In this document: piece by piece, positions 43,773-54,240 of the stretch | How the letters are laid out: each line of letters begins with the position of its first letter | How positions within the stretch are numbered: position 1 is the first letter of the stretch | Assembly (NCBI GenBank): GCA_963841735.1 | Contig: CAWJDT010000001.1 | Coordinates: 1,088,001 to 1,152,000 of the forward strand | DNA: 64,000 bases | Direction: 5' to 3' | Source of the DNA: an uncultured Actinomycetes bacterium | Lineage (GTDB): Bacteria; Actinomycetota; Thermoleophilia; RBG-16-64-13 | Translations under genes and position numbers: made by a program | The notes under the pieces: model-generated | Database searches by the model: none | What the model was told of the DNA's origin: nothing | Seen by the model: the letters and a program-made list of their open reading frames with translations, nothing else

Positions 43773-45391
43773 GCTTCGCAGGTCGGGCTAGATCACGCGC
43801 GGTTCTGCGGGCAGCTCTGGCGACGGCGCTACTGTTGCTCGCCGGCGCCCTGGTCGGGGGATGCGGCGTCGGCTTGGAGCAGGTGCGTCTCGACAGCGGT
43901 CCCGTAACCGGCCTCCGCGAGCAAGCGGACGGTCAGGAGCTGTGGGTATTCAAAGGCATCCCCTACGCCGCGCCTCCGGTGGGCGACTCGCGCTGGCAGC
44001 CGCCGCAACCGGTGGCTCCCTGGACCCAGCCGCTGGCCTGCACCAGCTTCGGCCCTGCCTGCCCGCAGGCGGGCAGCGACGGTCTCGGTGTGCTGTCGGT
44101 CGGCGAAATGGACGAGGACTGTCTGTATTTGAACGTGTGGTCGCCGGCGGAGTCGGCCGACAACCGGCTCCCGGTGATGGTTTGGATACACGGGGGCGGA
44201 TTCTCTTCCGGCGCAGGTTCACTGGCGCTCTACAACGGCAGCCACTTGGCGGCCAAAGGTGTGGTAGTGGTTACCATCAACTATCGGCTGGGCCCGTTCG
44301 GCTTCTTGTCGCATCCGGCTCTGTCGGCCGAAGCGGCCGACGGGGTCTCCGGCAACTACGGTCTGATGGACCAGATGGCCGCGCTGCGATGGGTCAAGCG
44401 CAACATCGCCGGTTTCGGCGGCGATCCCGGCAACGTGACGGTCTTTGGCGAATCGGCCGGGGCCATCAGTGTTCTTGATCTGTTGGTGACGCCCTCGGCC
44501 GAGGGTCTGTTCCAGAAGGCTATCGCCCAGAGCGGGATCATGCTCGATCAAGGATTCGGGGTGTCGACCACGGCCACCAGGCAAGGGGCGGAGGTGGCCG
44601 GCGCGGACTTTGTCTCCAGGCTGGGGATAGACGGAGGGGGAGATGTTGTCGCTCAGATGCGCGCCAAGACAACAGCGGAGCTGCTGGCGGCAGCGGAAGA
44701 CCTCGCGGGTGAAACTCCGGCGATCGAGCAGAGTCTCATGTGGAAACCGGTGGCCGACGGGCGTCTCCTGCCCGATCTGCCCACCCGGCTGTGGGCTGCC
44801 GGGAAGCAGCACGCCGTGCCTTTACTGATAGGCTCGAATGCCGATGAAGCAGAGCTGTTCCTGGCCGGTATGAGTTTCTCGGCGGCTGAGGCGGAAGCTC
44901 TAGTGAGGCGCATACTGGGGGTGAGTGCCGATGAGGCCCTGGCCCTCTATCCGGTCGCGGATGCAGAGAATCCCACCCAGGTCTTCAGCCGGATGTTCAC
45001 CGAGATCGGTTTCGCCTCCACCGCCCGTTACGCCGCCGGCTTGGCGGCCGCCGGCCCGGTCGCATACCTCTACGAGTTCACCCGGGTCCCCTTTGCCAAT
45101 CCCATGGGGGCCTTCCATGCGGTGGAGATCCCCTATGTGTTCGGCACTACAGGTATGTTCTCGATCCTGGGAGTCGTGGAGCAGGCGGACAAGGACCTCT
45201 CGGCCGCGGTGATGGGTTATTGGACCAGGTTCGCCGCCACCGGCGATCCTAACGGAGCCGGGGGGCCGGAGTGGCCCGCCTACGACCCGGGGTCCGACCG
45301 GCACCTGGAACTCGGCGACACGATTGGTGTAGGGATCGGTCTCTACAAAGCGGGGTGCGACTTGGCCGACCGGGTGCGGTTGGCCCATTAA
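43769..45391 (+). CDS. Type-B carboxylesterase lipoprotein
   Basis: FKGIPYAAPP, EDCLYLNVW, WIHGGG, FGESAG and AFHAVEI. Confidence 0.92.
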   Translation: MSFAGRARSRAVLRAALATALLLLAGALVGGCGVGLEQVRLDSGPVTGLREQADGQELWVFKGIPYAAPPVGDSRWQPPQPVAPWTQPLACTSFGPACPQAGSDGLGVLSVGEMDEDCLYLNVWSPAESADNRLPVMVWIHGGGFSSGAGSLALYNGSHLAAKGVVVVTINYRLGPFGFLSHPALSAEAADGVSGNYGLMDQMAALRWVKRNIAGFGGDPGNVTVFGESAGAISVLDLLVTPSAEGLFQKAIAQSGIMLDQGFGVSTTATRQGAEVAGADFVSRLGIDGGGDVVAQMRAKTTAELLAAAEDLAGETPAIEQSLMWKPVADGRLLPDLPTRLWAAGKQHAVPLLIGSNADEAELFLAGMSFSAAEAEALVRRILGVSADEALALYPVADAENPTQVFSRMFTEIGFASTARYAAGLAAAGPVAYLYEFTRVPFANPMGAFHAVEIPYVFGTTGMFSILGVVEQADKDLSAAVMGYWTRFAATGDPNGAGGPEWPAYDPGSDRHLELGDTIGVGIGLYKAGCDLADRVRLAH

Positions 45392-45453
45392 TAGGCGACC
45401 ATGCCCTTGAGGTAAGATGGCAGGTGTCATCTGGGCCTACGGGAGCATGATCT

Positions 45454-46650
45454 ATGGCTTTTGACAAACTGAGGAATCTTCGGCCGGTCAAGCGTTACCG
45501 CTCCGAGGGCTATGTGTTCATCTCGCTGGTGACGTTTGCCGCCTCGGTGCTTGTGCTCCGGGTGGTCTTGAAGCTCACCGGGTACGCTCAGATCGGCAAC
45601 GACTCGGTGCACATCGCTCACGTTCTTTGGGGTGGGCTGGCTCTGTTCGCGGGTGCCCTGTTGCTCCTGGTCCTCGCCAACCGCTGGGCGTTGACCGTGG
45701 GGGCGGTGCTCACGGGCTGCGGGGTGGGCCTGTTCATCGACGAAGTGGGCAAGTTCATCACTCGAAGTAACAACTACTTCACCCCGGCGGCGGCGCCCAT
45801 CATCTACGCGCTCTTCTTGGCCACCGTCCTTGTATATCTGCATGTGCGGCGCCCCCCTTCGAAGGACGTGCGCGGAGAGATGTACAGGGCTTTGGAGCAG
45901 ATATCCGGGGTTCTCGACCACGAGATGAGCAAGCGTGACTTGTACGTGCTCCGACGCCGCCTAGAGTCGCTGCAATGCTTGGCCGGGGACGAGGCCGTGC
46001 GTCGGCTGGCGGCGGCCATGCTGGAGTTCGTCGATGCCCAACAGCCGCGCATGGCCGAGACTACTCCGGGGAGGGCGCAGAGGTTCTCCGCTGTGGTTCT
46101 GGCTTGGTGCCGCAGGTCGATCACGCGCTCTTGGCTGAGGGTGGTATTGGCCGTGTTCCTTCTAGGACTAGGCCTCTACTCCGTGTTGGACATCGCATTG
46201 CTGGGCTTTCTTGCAGTCGCGCCCGAGTCGGCGAGCGCCGATCTTCTACGCTCTCTGGTCTCCCCCGGAGAGATGGCGGCTTTGTCGGACAAGATCTGGT
46301 TCTCTGTCCGGGCGGTGTTTGAAGGGGGCGTGGGGCTCGTGCTGCTCGCCGGAGGCACACTGATCAGCATGCGGCGCGAGTGGCGAGGCCTGGCTCTAGC
46401 CGTCACCGGACTGGTCTGTGGGCTCACCGTGGTCAACCTGCTTATCTTCTACGACGATCAGCTCGAGGCCCTCATTCTCACCGGCTTGGAGTATGTCCTT
46501 CTTCTGGTCGCGTACTTCTATCGCCGGGTGTACCTGGCGGAGGAGAGCGAGGAGGCAGGACGGGCTGGGGCCTGGGCCGAGAGCAGCTTCGCCGACGCTC
46601 TGCAGGAAGCGGCTTCCGAGGCGGGTATTGTGGCCAAGGATGCATCGTGA
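45454..46650 (+). CDS. Membrane protein of unknown function
   Basis: HIAHVLWGG and GLFIDEVGKFIT motifs; multiple TM helices. Confidence 0.75.
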   Translation: MAFDKLRNLRPVKRYRSEGYVFISLVTFAASVLVLRVVLKLTGYAQIGNDSVHIAHVLWGGLALFAGALLLLVLANRWALTVGAVLTGCGVGLFIDEVGKFITRSNNYFTPAAAPIIYALFLATVLVYLHVRRPPSKDVRGEMYRALEQISGVLDHEMSKRDLYVLRRRLESLQCLAGDEAVRRLAAAMLEFVDAQQPRMAETTPGRAQRFSAVVLAWCRRSITRSWLRVVLAVFLLGLGLYSVLDIALLGFLAVAPESASADLLRSLVSPGEMAALSDKIWFSVRAVFEGGVGLVLLAGGTLISMRREWRGLALAVTGLVCGLTVVNLLIFYDDQLEALILTGLEYVLLLVAYFYRRVYLAEESEEAGRAGAWAESSFADALQEAASEAGIVAKDAS

Positions 46651-48359
46651 TCGGCCCGGGTACTCGTTCTCCTGAGGTCGAGTCGGCCGGTCAGATATGC
46701 ATCCGACTGCACCAGGCCTACCGTGACCACCGTCTGTATCCGGAGGGCCATCCCACCACCCAAGGGGCCATGGATAGGCTTGTGGGCTTGGTGCAGGCGC
46801 ATACTGAGACATTCGGGTCTCTGGTGCTCGAAGTGGAGGAAGACCGGCTGATCCTGCAGGATGAACCGGTTGACGTCAAGAGCGGCAACACCGAGAACTT
46901 GGCCTTTCTCTTCTTCCGCGACGGCATCCGTACCCTGACCATTCACCAAGGCATCGAACCAGGCGAATTGGCCGGGTTCGTCGATTGTCTGTCCCGCGCG
47001 GACCAACTGGCCGACCTCGACCACGACCTCATCACCGCTCTCTGGGAGCAGGACCTCACACACATCGAGTGTGAAGTAGTGGACCCGTTCTCGGGAGGGG
47101 ACGGCAGCTCGGGCGATGCCTATGATGATCTCAAGGACACCGTCCTGCGCCGTCTGAACGAGTTGACGAACGAGGGCGGATCGGCTTTGGGTGAGCAGGG
47201 CGCGGAAGGAGCTGGTGGTGGCTCGGCCGATGCTGCCCCTGCGAGCTACCAGCCTGGTGCAGTAGATCCCGATGCCGTCGCGTTGACCGCCGAGGATCTA
47301 CAGGCGAGTGACTGGGCGTTGGCGCATCCCATCCCTCTTCTGGATGACTTCGCCGTCGTCCTGCTGGAGATCGTCGGTGATGCCCAGGGCATATCCGCGG
47401 GTGAAGGGCGGTTGATCGACTCCCTGGTGATGGTCCTTCAGCAGTATTTCGACGACAGGAACATCGACGGTCTCCGTTTGGTGGCCAATCGGTTGGACGT
47501 CTTGGAGGAACAGGGTCGCCGCCCCACCGGTTCTGCCGACGAGATCTTGGGACGGGCGGCTACGCCCGAGCGTCTGTCTGGTCTGATCGTGAGCCTGCAC
47601 TCAGCATCTCCCGACAAGGCCGACCGGTTGGAGCAATTCCTCAAACGCATGCGCACCTGTGCCTATCCCACGTTTCTTGAGATTCTGGCTACAAGCGATG
47701 ACCGAGGGGTGCGGAAGCTGGTACTCGACCTGTTGCGCGTCACAGGTGGCATACCGACAGAGCACCTGCTGCCGTTCATCAACGACACGCGCTGGTACGT
47801 GGTGCGCAACGCGGTGCAGTTGGCCACCGAGTCGGGTGATCCTGGGCTGGTCGATCAGTTCGAGCGGCTGCTGCGTCACTCCGACGCCCGGGTGCGGCGG
47901 GAGGTCATCCGCAGTCTCGACGCCTTCGATGAGAAGCGCTCATTGCCCCTATTGTTGACCGCGCTTGGTGATGAGGACTCGCCCGTGCGGATATTGGCGG
48001 TCCGCAGTCTGGGGCGTCTCGGTGGTGGCCGGCATTTCCCATCGGTGCTGGGTCAGGTGGAATCGCGCGATTTCGAGGCCCGGCCTTCCGAGGAGGTGGA
48101 GGCGTTTCTACTCACACTCGCCCTGCTGGGCGGCGATCGGGCGGTTGAGACCCTGAACAGGTTCTGGAAACGCCGGGTGTTCGGCACGCGCCCGATGCCT
48201 CTGCGGCTCGCGGCGATCCAGGCCTTGGGTGCCATCCAGTCAAAGGAGGCGGCTCAAGCTCTGAACGAGGCTGCGCAATCGGGCGAGGCACCCGTGCAGC
48301 GGACGGCCGCGCGCGCGCTCAGCGAGGCCCAGACCCGAGCGAGGAGTCCACGTCCATGA
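46647..48359 (+). CDS. HEAT-repeat protein
   Basis: LYPEGHP N-terminus; repeats DTRWYVVRNAV, DARVRREVI and DSPVRILAV. Confidence 0.8.
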   Translation: MIGPGTRSPEVESAGQICIRLHQAYRDHRLYPEGHPTTQGAMDRLVGLVQAHTETFGSLVLEVEEDRLILQDEPVDVKSGNTENLAFLFFRDGIRTLTIHQGIEPGELAGFVDCLSRADQLADLDHDLITALWEQDLTHIECEVVDPFSGGDGSSGDAYDDLKDTVLRRLNELTNEGGSALGEQGAEGAGGGSADAAPASYQPGAVDPDAVALTAEDLQASDWALAHPIPLLDDFAVVLLEIVGDAQGISAGEGRLIDSLVMVLQQYFDDRNIDGLRLVANRLDVLEEQGRRPTGSADEILGRAATPERLSGLIVSLHSASPDKADRLEQFLKRMRTCAYPTFLEILATSDDRGVRKLVLDLLRVTGGIPTEHLLPFINDTRWYVVRNAVQLATESGDPGLVDQFERLLRHSDARVRREVIRSLDAFDEKRSLPLLLTALGDEDSPVRILAVRSLGRLGGGRHFPSVLGQVESRDFEARPSEEVEAFLLTLALLGGDRAVETLNRFWKRRVFGTRPMPLRLAAIQALGAIQSKEAAQALNEAAQSGEAPVQRTAARALSEAQTRARSPRP

Positions 48360-49762
48360 CCAAGAACGGCGAGACCAGGTTCGACGGGCGGCGAGGACAG
48401 CAACTGGCTCTCGCCCTGGCCTCCGGGTTGCGCGTAGCCCGCTACTACGACTCCGGCAACGTGGTGTTGCGGCAGGCCTGCGAGACCCTGTACTCCCTAG
48501 CCATCGACATCAGCGAAGAAGAAGGTGTCGCGAGCGTTGGGGCGCATAGTCACTGTGCCTTCGTGAACAAGGGTCGAGTTCCGGCCTCGGCTGCCACCTA
48601 CGGCCATTTGGCTTTCTTGTTCGAGTTGTACGACGAATGGGGCATCAACACGCTCACGTTCTACCCCGGTTTGACCATGAACGAGTTGATGCTGGCGCTC
48701 AACCTGATCGCCCGCAACCGTCCCGACGCGGCGGGCGAGCTGGGCGACCTCCTTAGCTCTCGGGGGATAGAGACGGTGAAGGCGGAGATGTTCTCTCCGG
48801 GCAAGGGCCGGCAGCTGCAGCCTATTTCGCCTATTGTCGCCTATTCGGCGGCGATGCAGTTGGGGGTGGAACTGGGCGCGTCCACGGGACCCATCGAGGC
48901 GGGCACGGTTCGCCGAGCCCGGCACGTTACCCAGTCCGTGGTCGACGAGATCCTGCGCGACCCCACCTTCCTGCTGACGCTTACGACTATCAAGGACTTC
49001 GACGACTATCTTGTCCTTCACTCGACCAACGTGGCTGTGTTGTCGACCGTGCTGGGTCAGCGGCTGGGCCTTGACAAGGCCACCCTGGGAGAACTCTGCC
49101 TGTCGGGTTTTCTGCACGATGCCGGCAAGTTGGGCGTCGACCCTGATGTTTTGAACAAGCCGGGGTCGCTGGACGCCCAGGAATGGCAGCAGATGCGGCG
49201 CCACCCCATTCTGGCGGCCGAGGCGCTGCTCAACAGCCGGCGTCTCACGGGCTCCAACATGCGCTCGGTGGTGGTGGCCTTCGAGCATCACCTCAACTAC
49301 GACCTGAGCGGCTATCCCCACACCGAGATCAAGAAGAACGTATCGCTCTTCGGGGGCATCGTCTCCATCGCCGACCGCTTCGACGCCTTGACCACGGCTC
49401 GTGTCTACAGGAAGGTCAATCTCACGCCGCCGGAGGCGCTGCTGTACGTAGTGGAGGGTTCAGGCAGGCACTTCGACCGGGTGCTGGTGAAGCTGTTTGT
49501 CGAGGTCATGGGCATCTATCCGCCCGGTACGGTGGTGGTGCTTAGCGGGGGGGAGGCCGGGGTGGTGTGCCGTCCACCGACAGTGGGTTCGCCTCTTGAT
49601 CGTCCCAGGGTGCGGGTCGTCGTGGGCGGAGAGCCCGGTTCGGTGATCGATCTCGACGAGACCGAGAACGGCGAGTACGCTCGCAGCATCATCGGGGTGC
49701 TCAACCCCTCCAACAGGGGACAGATCCCAGCGGTGGACCCCGCGATATTCGCGTCCATCTAG
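48356..49762 (+). CDS. HD-GYP phosphodiesterase
   Basis: HSTNV, LHDAGK, HHLNYDLSGYP and IADRFDALT. Confidence 0.88.
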   Translation: MTKNGETRFDGRRGQQLALALASGLRVARYYDSGNVVLRQACETLYSLAIDISEEEGVASVGAHSHCAFVNKGRVPASAATYGHLAFLFELYDEWGINTLTFYPGLTMNELMLALNLIARNRPDAAGELGDLLSSRGIETVKAEMFSPGKGRQLQPISPIVAYSAAMQLGVELGASTGPIEAGTVRRARHVTQSVVDEILRDPTFLLTLTTIKDFDDYLVLHSTNVAVLSTVLGQRLGLDKATLGELCLSGFLHDAGKLGVDPDVLNKPGSLDAQEWQQMRRHPILAAEALLNSRRLTGSNMRSVVVAFEHHLNYDLSGYPHTEIKKNVSLFGGIVSIADRFDALTTARVYRKVNLTPPEALLYVVEGSGRHFDRVLVKLFVEVMGIYPPGTVVVLSGGEAGVVCRPPTVGSPLDRPRVRVVVGGEPGSVIDLDETENGEYARSIIGVLNPSNRGQIPAVDPAIFASI

Positions 49763-49791
49763 AGGGACCGTCGACGGCCGATTCGACATTC

Positions 49792-51033
49792 ATGGGTGTG
49801 CAAGGGACGGCGCTGTCAGAAGAGTTGCCACGGGGCGGTGACGCTCTGGCCTTCACTCTGATGGCCTTCTATCTGCTTTCCACACTCACCCTTGCCCTCA
49901 TGGCCGTCGTCACCACTGAACTTCAGCGCAGGTTCGGTCTCACCTCGTCGGAACTTGGTCTTTTGACCTCGGTGTTCATGTTCGCCTATGGGGCGGTGGG
50001 TATACCTGCCGGGACCCTCGCCTCGCGTTGGGGAGGGAGGGTGCTGGTGGTCAGTTGTGCCCTCTTCGTAGTCGGCTCAGTGACTTTCGGTCTGAGCTCC
50101 TCTTACCCCGGGTTCCTTGTGGGCAGGGTCCTGCAAGGACTGGGTGGGGGGACGGTGTTGCCGGTAAGCAGCCCTGTTATCGCCCGCTTCTTGGCTCCCG
50201 AGGCCCGGAATCGCGGTTGGGGTGTGTTCGCCAGCGGAAAAGGTCTGGGGACTTTGGCAAGCCTGCTCGTTATGCCCGGCATCGCTACGCTCGGAGGGTA
50301 TCGCGCCGTCTTTCTGGTCACCGGCGGCATGGCGGTTGTCATCGGGGCGGTGGCTCTGGCCCAGAAGCCGGTTCGGGCGTTGCCTGTAGCATCGGCTGAG
50401 GTCACCTCGCTCCGGGCGGTAGCAAGGACATTGGCGGCAGTGGCCGTCAATCGCAAGGTGCTACTCCTGGGCCTGTTCAATGCCGCCTCTCTGGCCGTGG
50501 GAACCAGCGTGCTCATCTGGACCCCTGACTTTCTCCAGGGCCGGTACGGGGCGAGCGCCGGTGTTGCCGCCTATCTCACCGCAGGTCTGGCCGTAGCTCA
50601 ACTCATCGGCGCTCCCACCGGTGCCGCCGCGGCCATCCGCTGGGGAAGGATGCCTGTCATCACGGGATCGATGGTGGCCATGTCGGTGGTGGCGGTGATG
50701 GTGCCGGTGGTGCCGGGCAGAGCGCTCGTATTCGTCATGGCTGCGCTGGTGGGATTCTTCAGTCTGGCCTACTTCTCGCCCCGGTTTGCGATGATCCCCG
50801 AGGTGGTGGGCGGGGCCGAACAGGTAGGCCCGGCGTCGGGCCTCATCAACGCCATCGGTTTCGGCATCTCCATGCTGGCCCCCTGGCTGTTCGGTCTGGC
50901 GCTCGACCGCGGCTTGGGCTATCTGGCCGGGTACTTGGTGCTGGCGGCCTTCGGCCTTGCCGGCGCCGTAGGTTCGCTCTTCTTCAGGGTCCCGACCAAA
51001 GCCGGGGAGGCCCAGGCGCTGAGCGGCGACTGA
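49792..51033 (+). CDS. MFS transporter
   Basis: 12 TM pattern; GTLASRWGGR and GRVLQGLG motifs. Confidence 0.85.
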   Translation: MGVQGTALSEELPRGGDALAFTLMAFYLLSTLTLALMAVVTTELQRRFGLTSSELGLLTSVFMFAYGAVGIPAGTLASRWGGRVLVVSCALFVVGSVTFGLSSSYPGFLVGRVLQGLGGGTVLPVSSPVIARFLAPEARNRGWGVFASGKGLGTLASLLVMPGIATLGGYRAVFLVTGGMAVVIGAVALAQKPVRALPVASAEVTSLRAVARTLAAVAVNRKVLLLGLFNAASLAVGTSVLIWTPDFLQGRYGASAGVAAYLTAGLAVAQLIGAPTGAAAAIRWGRMPVITGSMVAMSVVAVMVPVVPGRALVFVMAALVGFFSLAYFSPRFAMIPEVVGGAEQVGPASGLINAIGFGISMLAPWLFGLALDRGLGYLAGYLVLAAFGLAGAVGSLFFRVPTKAGEAQALSGD

Positions 51034-51063
51034 GACCTAGAGATCGCGGGCGCGGGCTCGACG

Positions 51064-51627
51064 CTAGGAGGGCTTGAGTAGAGTCTTGCCCATGCTCCAG
51101 GCGTCGCCCAGGCGTTCGCCCAAGGCCCAGTAGCCATTGTCGGGCATGGTCAGGACGAAGGGGCGGAGCTTCGTCACGTCGACCGCTCCGTTGGTGAGGA
51201 TCTCCTCGCTGGCGTAGACGTTCGCGACTTCGCCGATGAAGAAGAAGTCCTTGGGCAGGTTCACGATGTCGTTGAGCCAGCACTCCATGGTGAGAGGGCA
51301 CTGCCCTACCATGGGAGCAGAATCGAGCGCGCCTCTGACGACCTCGATGCGCGAGGCCTTGTCCTGCTGGAAGCCGTGCACCAGACCGCAGTAGTCGGCC
51401 AGAGGCGCTTGGTCCACGCTCGGGAAGTTGACGCTGAACTGGTCGTAGCGGTGGATCCCTTTGGCCGAATGCTGCCCATGTCCCATGGCCAGGCCCAGCA
51501 GGGGAGGATCGGAGTTGAGCTTGGTGATCCAGGCCGCCGTCATGAAGTTCGGCTTGCCTTCGACGACGGTGCCCACGATGACCACGGGCATCGGATAGAT
51601 GTCAAAGCTTCTGCCGATATTCTTCAT
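51064..51627 (-). CDS. Flavin reductase/flavoredoxin family protein
   Basis: YPMPVVIVG, NFMTAAW, FSVNFP, DYCG and CPLTMEC. Confidence 0.85.
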   Translation of the reverse strand: MKNIGRSFDIYPMPVVIVGTVVEGKPNFMTAAWITKLNSDPPLLGLAMGHGQHSAKGIHRYDQFSVNFPSVDQAPLADYCGLVHGFQQDKASRIEVVRGALDSAPMVGQCPLTMECWLNDIVNLPKDFFFIGEVANVYASEEILTNGAVDVTKLRPFVLTMPDNGYWALGERLGDAWSMGKTLLKPS

Positions 51628-51747
51628 GGCCGCAGGCCCTCCCGGAGTCGCGCACACTAGGTCTCGGGCCTCTCATTCCCAGCGCGGGGGCAAACGACAC
51701 ACTTCTTCGGCAGGGGGTGCGGGCCGCGCCCACGCCGCGGTCGAGGG

Positions 51748-53355
51748 CTAGTCTTCGGAGGCGGGGGCTACCGCGGGGTTCAGCTCGGGAGCGGGGGCGC
51801 CGGCGGGCGTCCGCCGCGCCAGCTGTGCGTCGGGTGAGGTGTTGCGGATCATGATCGCACCCACGACGGCTCCAACCAGCAGCACGATGCCTGCGACCAA
51901 GACGGCCCGGTGCAGGCCCTCCGTGAAAGAATCCTTGATGACCATCTCGATCGCGGCCATCTTCTTGTCGTCGATACCAGGCAGTGAGGGCATCGTTCCC
52001 GCTCCTCCCCGTCCTTCTTGGGCCAGTTTGGCCACCTGATCGGCAACCGCGGGGGGCAGACCCAGCTTGTCGAAGGCAGCGGCCAGAGCGGAGGCAAAAC
52101 GACCGGTGACGATGGAGCCAAGCACGGCCACGCCGAAAACGCCTCCCACCTGCCTCATGGTGTTGGAGGTCGCCGAAGCCATCCCCGCTCGGGCCACGGG
52201 TATGGTGCTCATCACAGCGGTGGTGATGGGGCTCATGACCAAACCGGTGCCGGTGCCGAGAACGGCCAGGATCCACCAGTAGTGGCCGTAGGGAGTGGTG
52301 CTCTGCACAGTCAGGAAGGCAAGAATGGCTCCCCCGACGAGGCACATACCCACGGTGATAGGCACCCGTGCGCCGATCCTACCGACGATGCGGCCCGAGA
52401 GGATCGCGAAGACCATCACGGCCAGGGTGGAGGGCAACTGGCGGATTCCCGCTCCCGTGGGAGAGAAGCCTTGGACGTTCTGCATGAAGAGGGCAAGGAA
52501 CATCAACATGCCCACGAAACCAAAGCTGATCATTAGGCCCACCAGGTTGGCTCCGGTGAACGTGATGTTCTTGAAGAAGCTGAGCTGGAGTACGGGGCTT
52601 GCTGCGCGTCGCTCCCACAGAGCGAAGACAGTGAGGGCCACCGCGGCGACGGCGAACAGCGAGATGATGAGGGCCGAGCCCCAACCGTAGGTGTTGGCCT
52701 CGATGAAGGCGAAGGTGACGCCGCCCAAGCCCACGATGGCGAGGGCCTGGCCGGGGAGGTCGAGGCCGCGCCCCTCCGGGCTCTTCGACTCAGGCACTAT
52801 CCGGGCTGTGATGACAAGCGCGGCTAGGCCTATCGGCACGTTCAGGTAGAAGATGCTCTGCCATCCGAAGGCGTCGACCATGACCCCGCCCAGCGCCGGC
52901 CCGACGGCCAGGGAGATCCCCGAGACTCCCGCCCATATGCCGATGGCCTGTGCTCTCTCCCTAGGCTCCTGAAAGGTGTGTGTGAGTATGGCTAGGGTGG
53001 ACGGCATCATGACGGCCGCCCCTAGTCCCTGGATGATGCGCCCGGCGATGAGCATGCCCACCGACGGCGAGAGCGCGCAGAACAGTGATCCCGCTGTGAA
53101 GATCGCCAGTCCGGCCATGAATGCTCGTTTGCGGCCGTAGAGGTCGCCCAGAGTGCCTCCGGTGAGCATGAAGGTCGCCAGTACGAGGATGAACGCATCG
53201 ACTATCCATTGCAGACTGGAGATGTCGGCGCCCATCTCGCGCTGGATGGTCGGGAGCGCCAGGTTCACCACCGTGTTGTCGAGCATGACCATGAAGAGGC
53301 CAAAGCACGTGGCTCCCAGGGTGAACAACTTGGTCTTGCGGTCGTCGTAAAGCAT
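51748..53355 (-). CDS. DHA2 (EmrB/QacA) MFS efflux pump
   Basis: MLDNTVVNLALP, LQWIVDAF, GDLYGRKR and WQSIFYLNVPIG. Confidence 0.9.
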   Translation of the reverse strand: MLYDDRKTKLFTLGATCFGLFMVMLDNTVVNLALPTIQREMGADISSLQWIVDAFILVLATFMLTGGTLGDLYGRKRAFMAGLAIFTAGSLFCALSPSVGMLIAGRIIQGLGAAVMMPSTLAILTHTFQEPRERAQAIGIWAGVSGISLAVGPALGGVMVDAFGWQSIFYLNVPIGLAALVITARIVPESKSPEGRGLDLPGQALAIVGLGGVTFAFIEANTYGWGSALIISLFAVAAVALTVFALWERRAASPVLQLSFFKNITFTGANLVGLMISFGFVGMLMFLALFMQNVQGFSPTGAGIRQLPSTLAVMVFAILSGRIVGRIGARVPITVGMCLVGGAILAFLTVQSTTPYGHYWWILAVLGTGTGLVMSPITTAVMSTIPVARAGMASATSNTMRQVGGVFGVAVLGSIVTGRFASALAAAFDKLGLPPAVADQVAKLAQEGRGGAGTMPSLPGIDDKKMAAIEMVIKDSFTEGLHRAVLVAGIVLLVGAVVGAIMIRNTSPDAQLARRTPAGAPAPELNPAVAPASED

Positions 53356-53451
53356 GGCGCCGGAGACTACCACACTCCCGTTGCCAAACAGGTTCGCGCG
53401 TGAGGTGGGCCGGCCGTCGCCCAAGGGCCGGGCATTCGACCGTAGTCCGAT

Positions 53452-54156
53452 CTAGGTTTCAGCGACCATCTCTCCGTCGATGCCGACCATCACGGTCTTC
53501 ACCGGCACGTCTATGTCGGAGAGAGAAACCGCTTGTTCGACAACGCGCTGCAGCCCGCCGCAGCAGGGTACCGTCATCAGGGCCACCGTGATCGACGGCG
53601 GCCTGTTCACCCGGATCAACTCGGCCAGCTTCTCCACGTAGGGGGCGACGTTGTCAAGCTTGGGGCAGGCGATCACCATCTTGCGTCCCTTGAGCAGGTC
53701 ATTGTGAAAGCTTCCCCGGGTGAAGGCGGTGCAGTCGGCGGCGACCAACAGGTCGGCTCCCTTGAAGTACGGAGCCTGCGGGGTAATCAGGTGGAGTTGG
53801 ACGGGCCACTGGGTCAGTTCCGACGGGGCGCCGCCGGCGGCCCCCGGGCTGGTGGCCTCTCCGGCCGCCCCTGAGCCGGGGTGCACGTGAAGGGCAGCTT
53901 CGGCTCCCCGGGTGCGGATGACGTGTGCCCGGGCGGCTTCGGGGTCGTAGGCAGCGCTCTCCCGCTCCTCGATGGTGAGCGCGCCGGTCGGGCAGACGTC
54001 CAGGCATACGCCCATGCCGTCGCAGAACAGGTCACGCACCAGTGTGGCCTTGCCCTCGTCGTCCAGCGCTAGGGCGCCCTCAGCGCACGCCGTCGTGCAA
54101 AGACCGCAGCCGTCGCAGAGGTCTCTATCTATCTCAATGATCTTTCTGGTTCCCAC
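53452..54156 (-). CDS. 4Fe-4S dicluster-binding protein
   Basis: CDGCGLC..ACAEG, CDGMGVCLDVCP, QWPVQLHL, AADC, ACPKLD and VPCC. Confidence 0.85.
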   Translation of the reverse strand: MGTRKIIEIDRDLCDGCGLCTTACAEGALALDDEGKATLVRDLFCDGMGVCLDVCPTGALTIEERESAAYDPEAARAHVIRTRGAEAALHVHPGSGAAGEATSPGAAGGAPSELTQWPVQLHLITPQAPYFKGADLLVAADCTAFTRGSFHNDLLKGRKMVIACPKLDNVAPYVEKLAELIRVNRPPSITVALMTVPCCGGLQRVVEQAVSLSDIDVPVKTVMVGIDGEMVAET

Positions 54157-54240
54157 GATGGCTCCTGTTCGTGTCGCGCTTCTGGTGAGCTGTATCTCCA
54201 CAAAACGGCGGTGTTGAAACACTGTTGCTATGCTGTGGCC

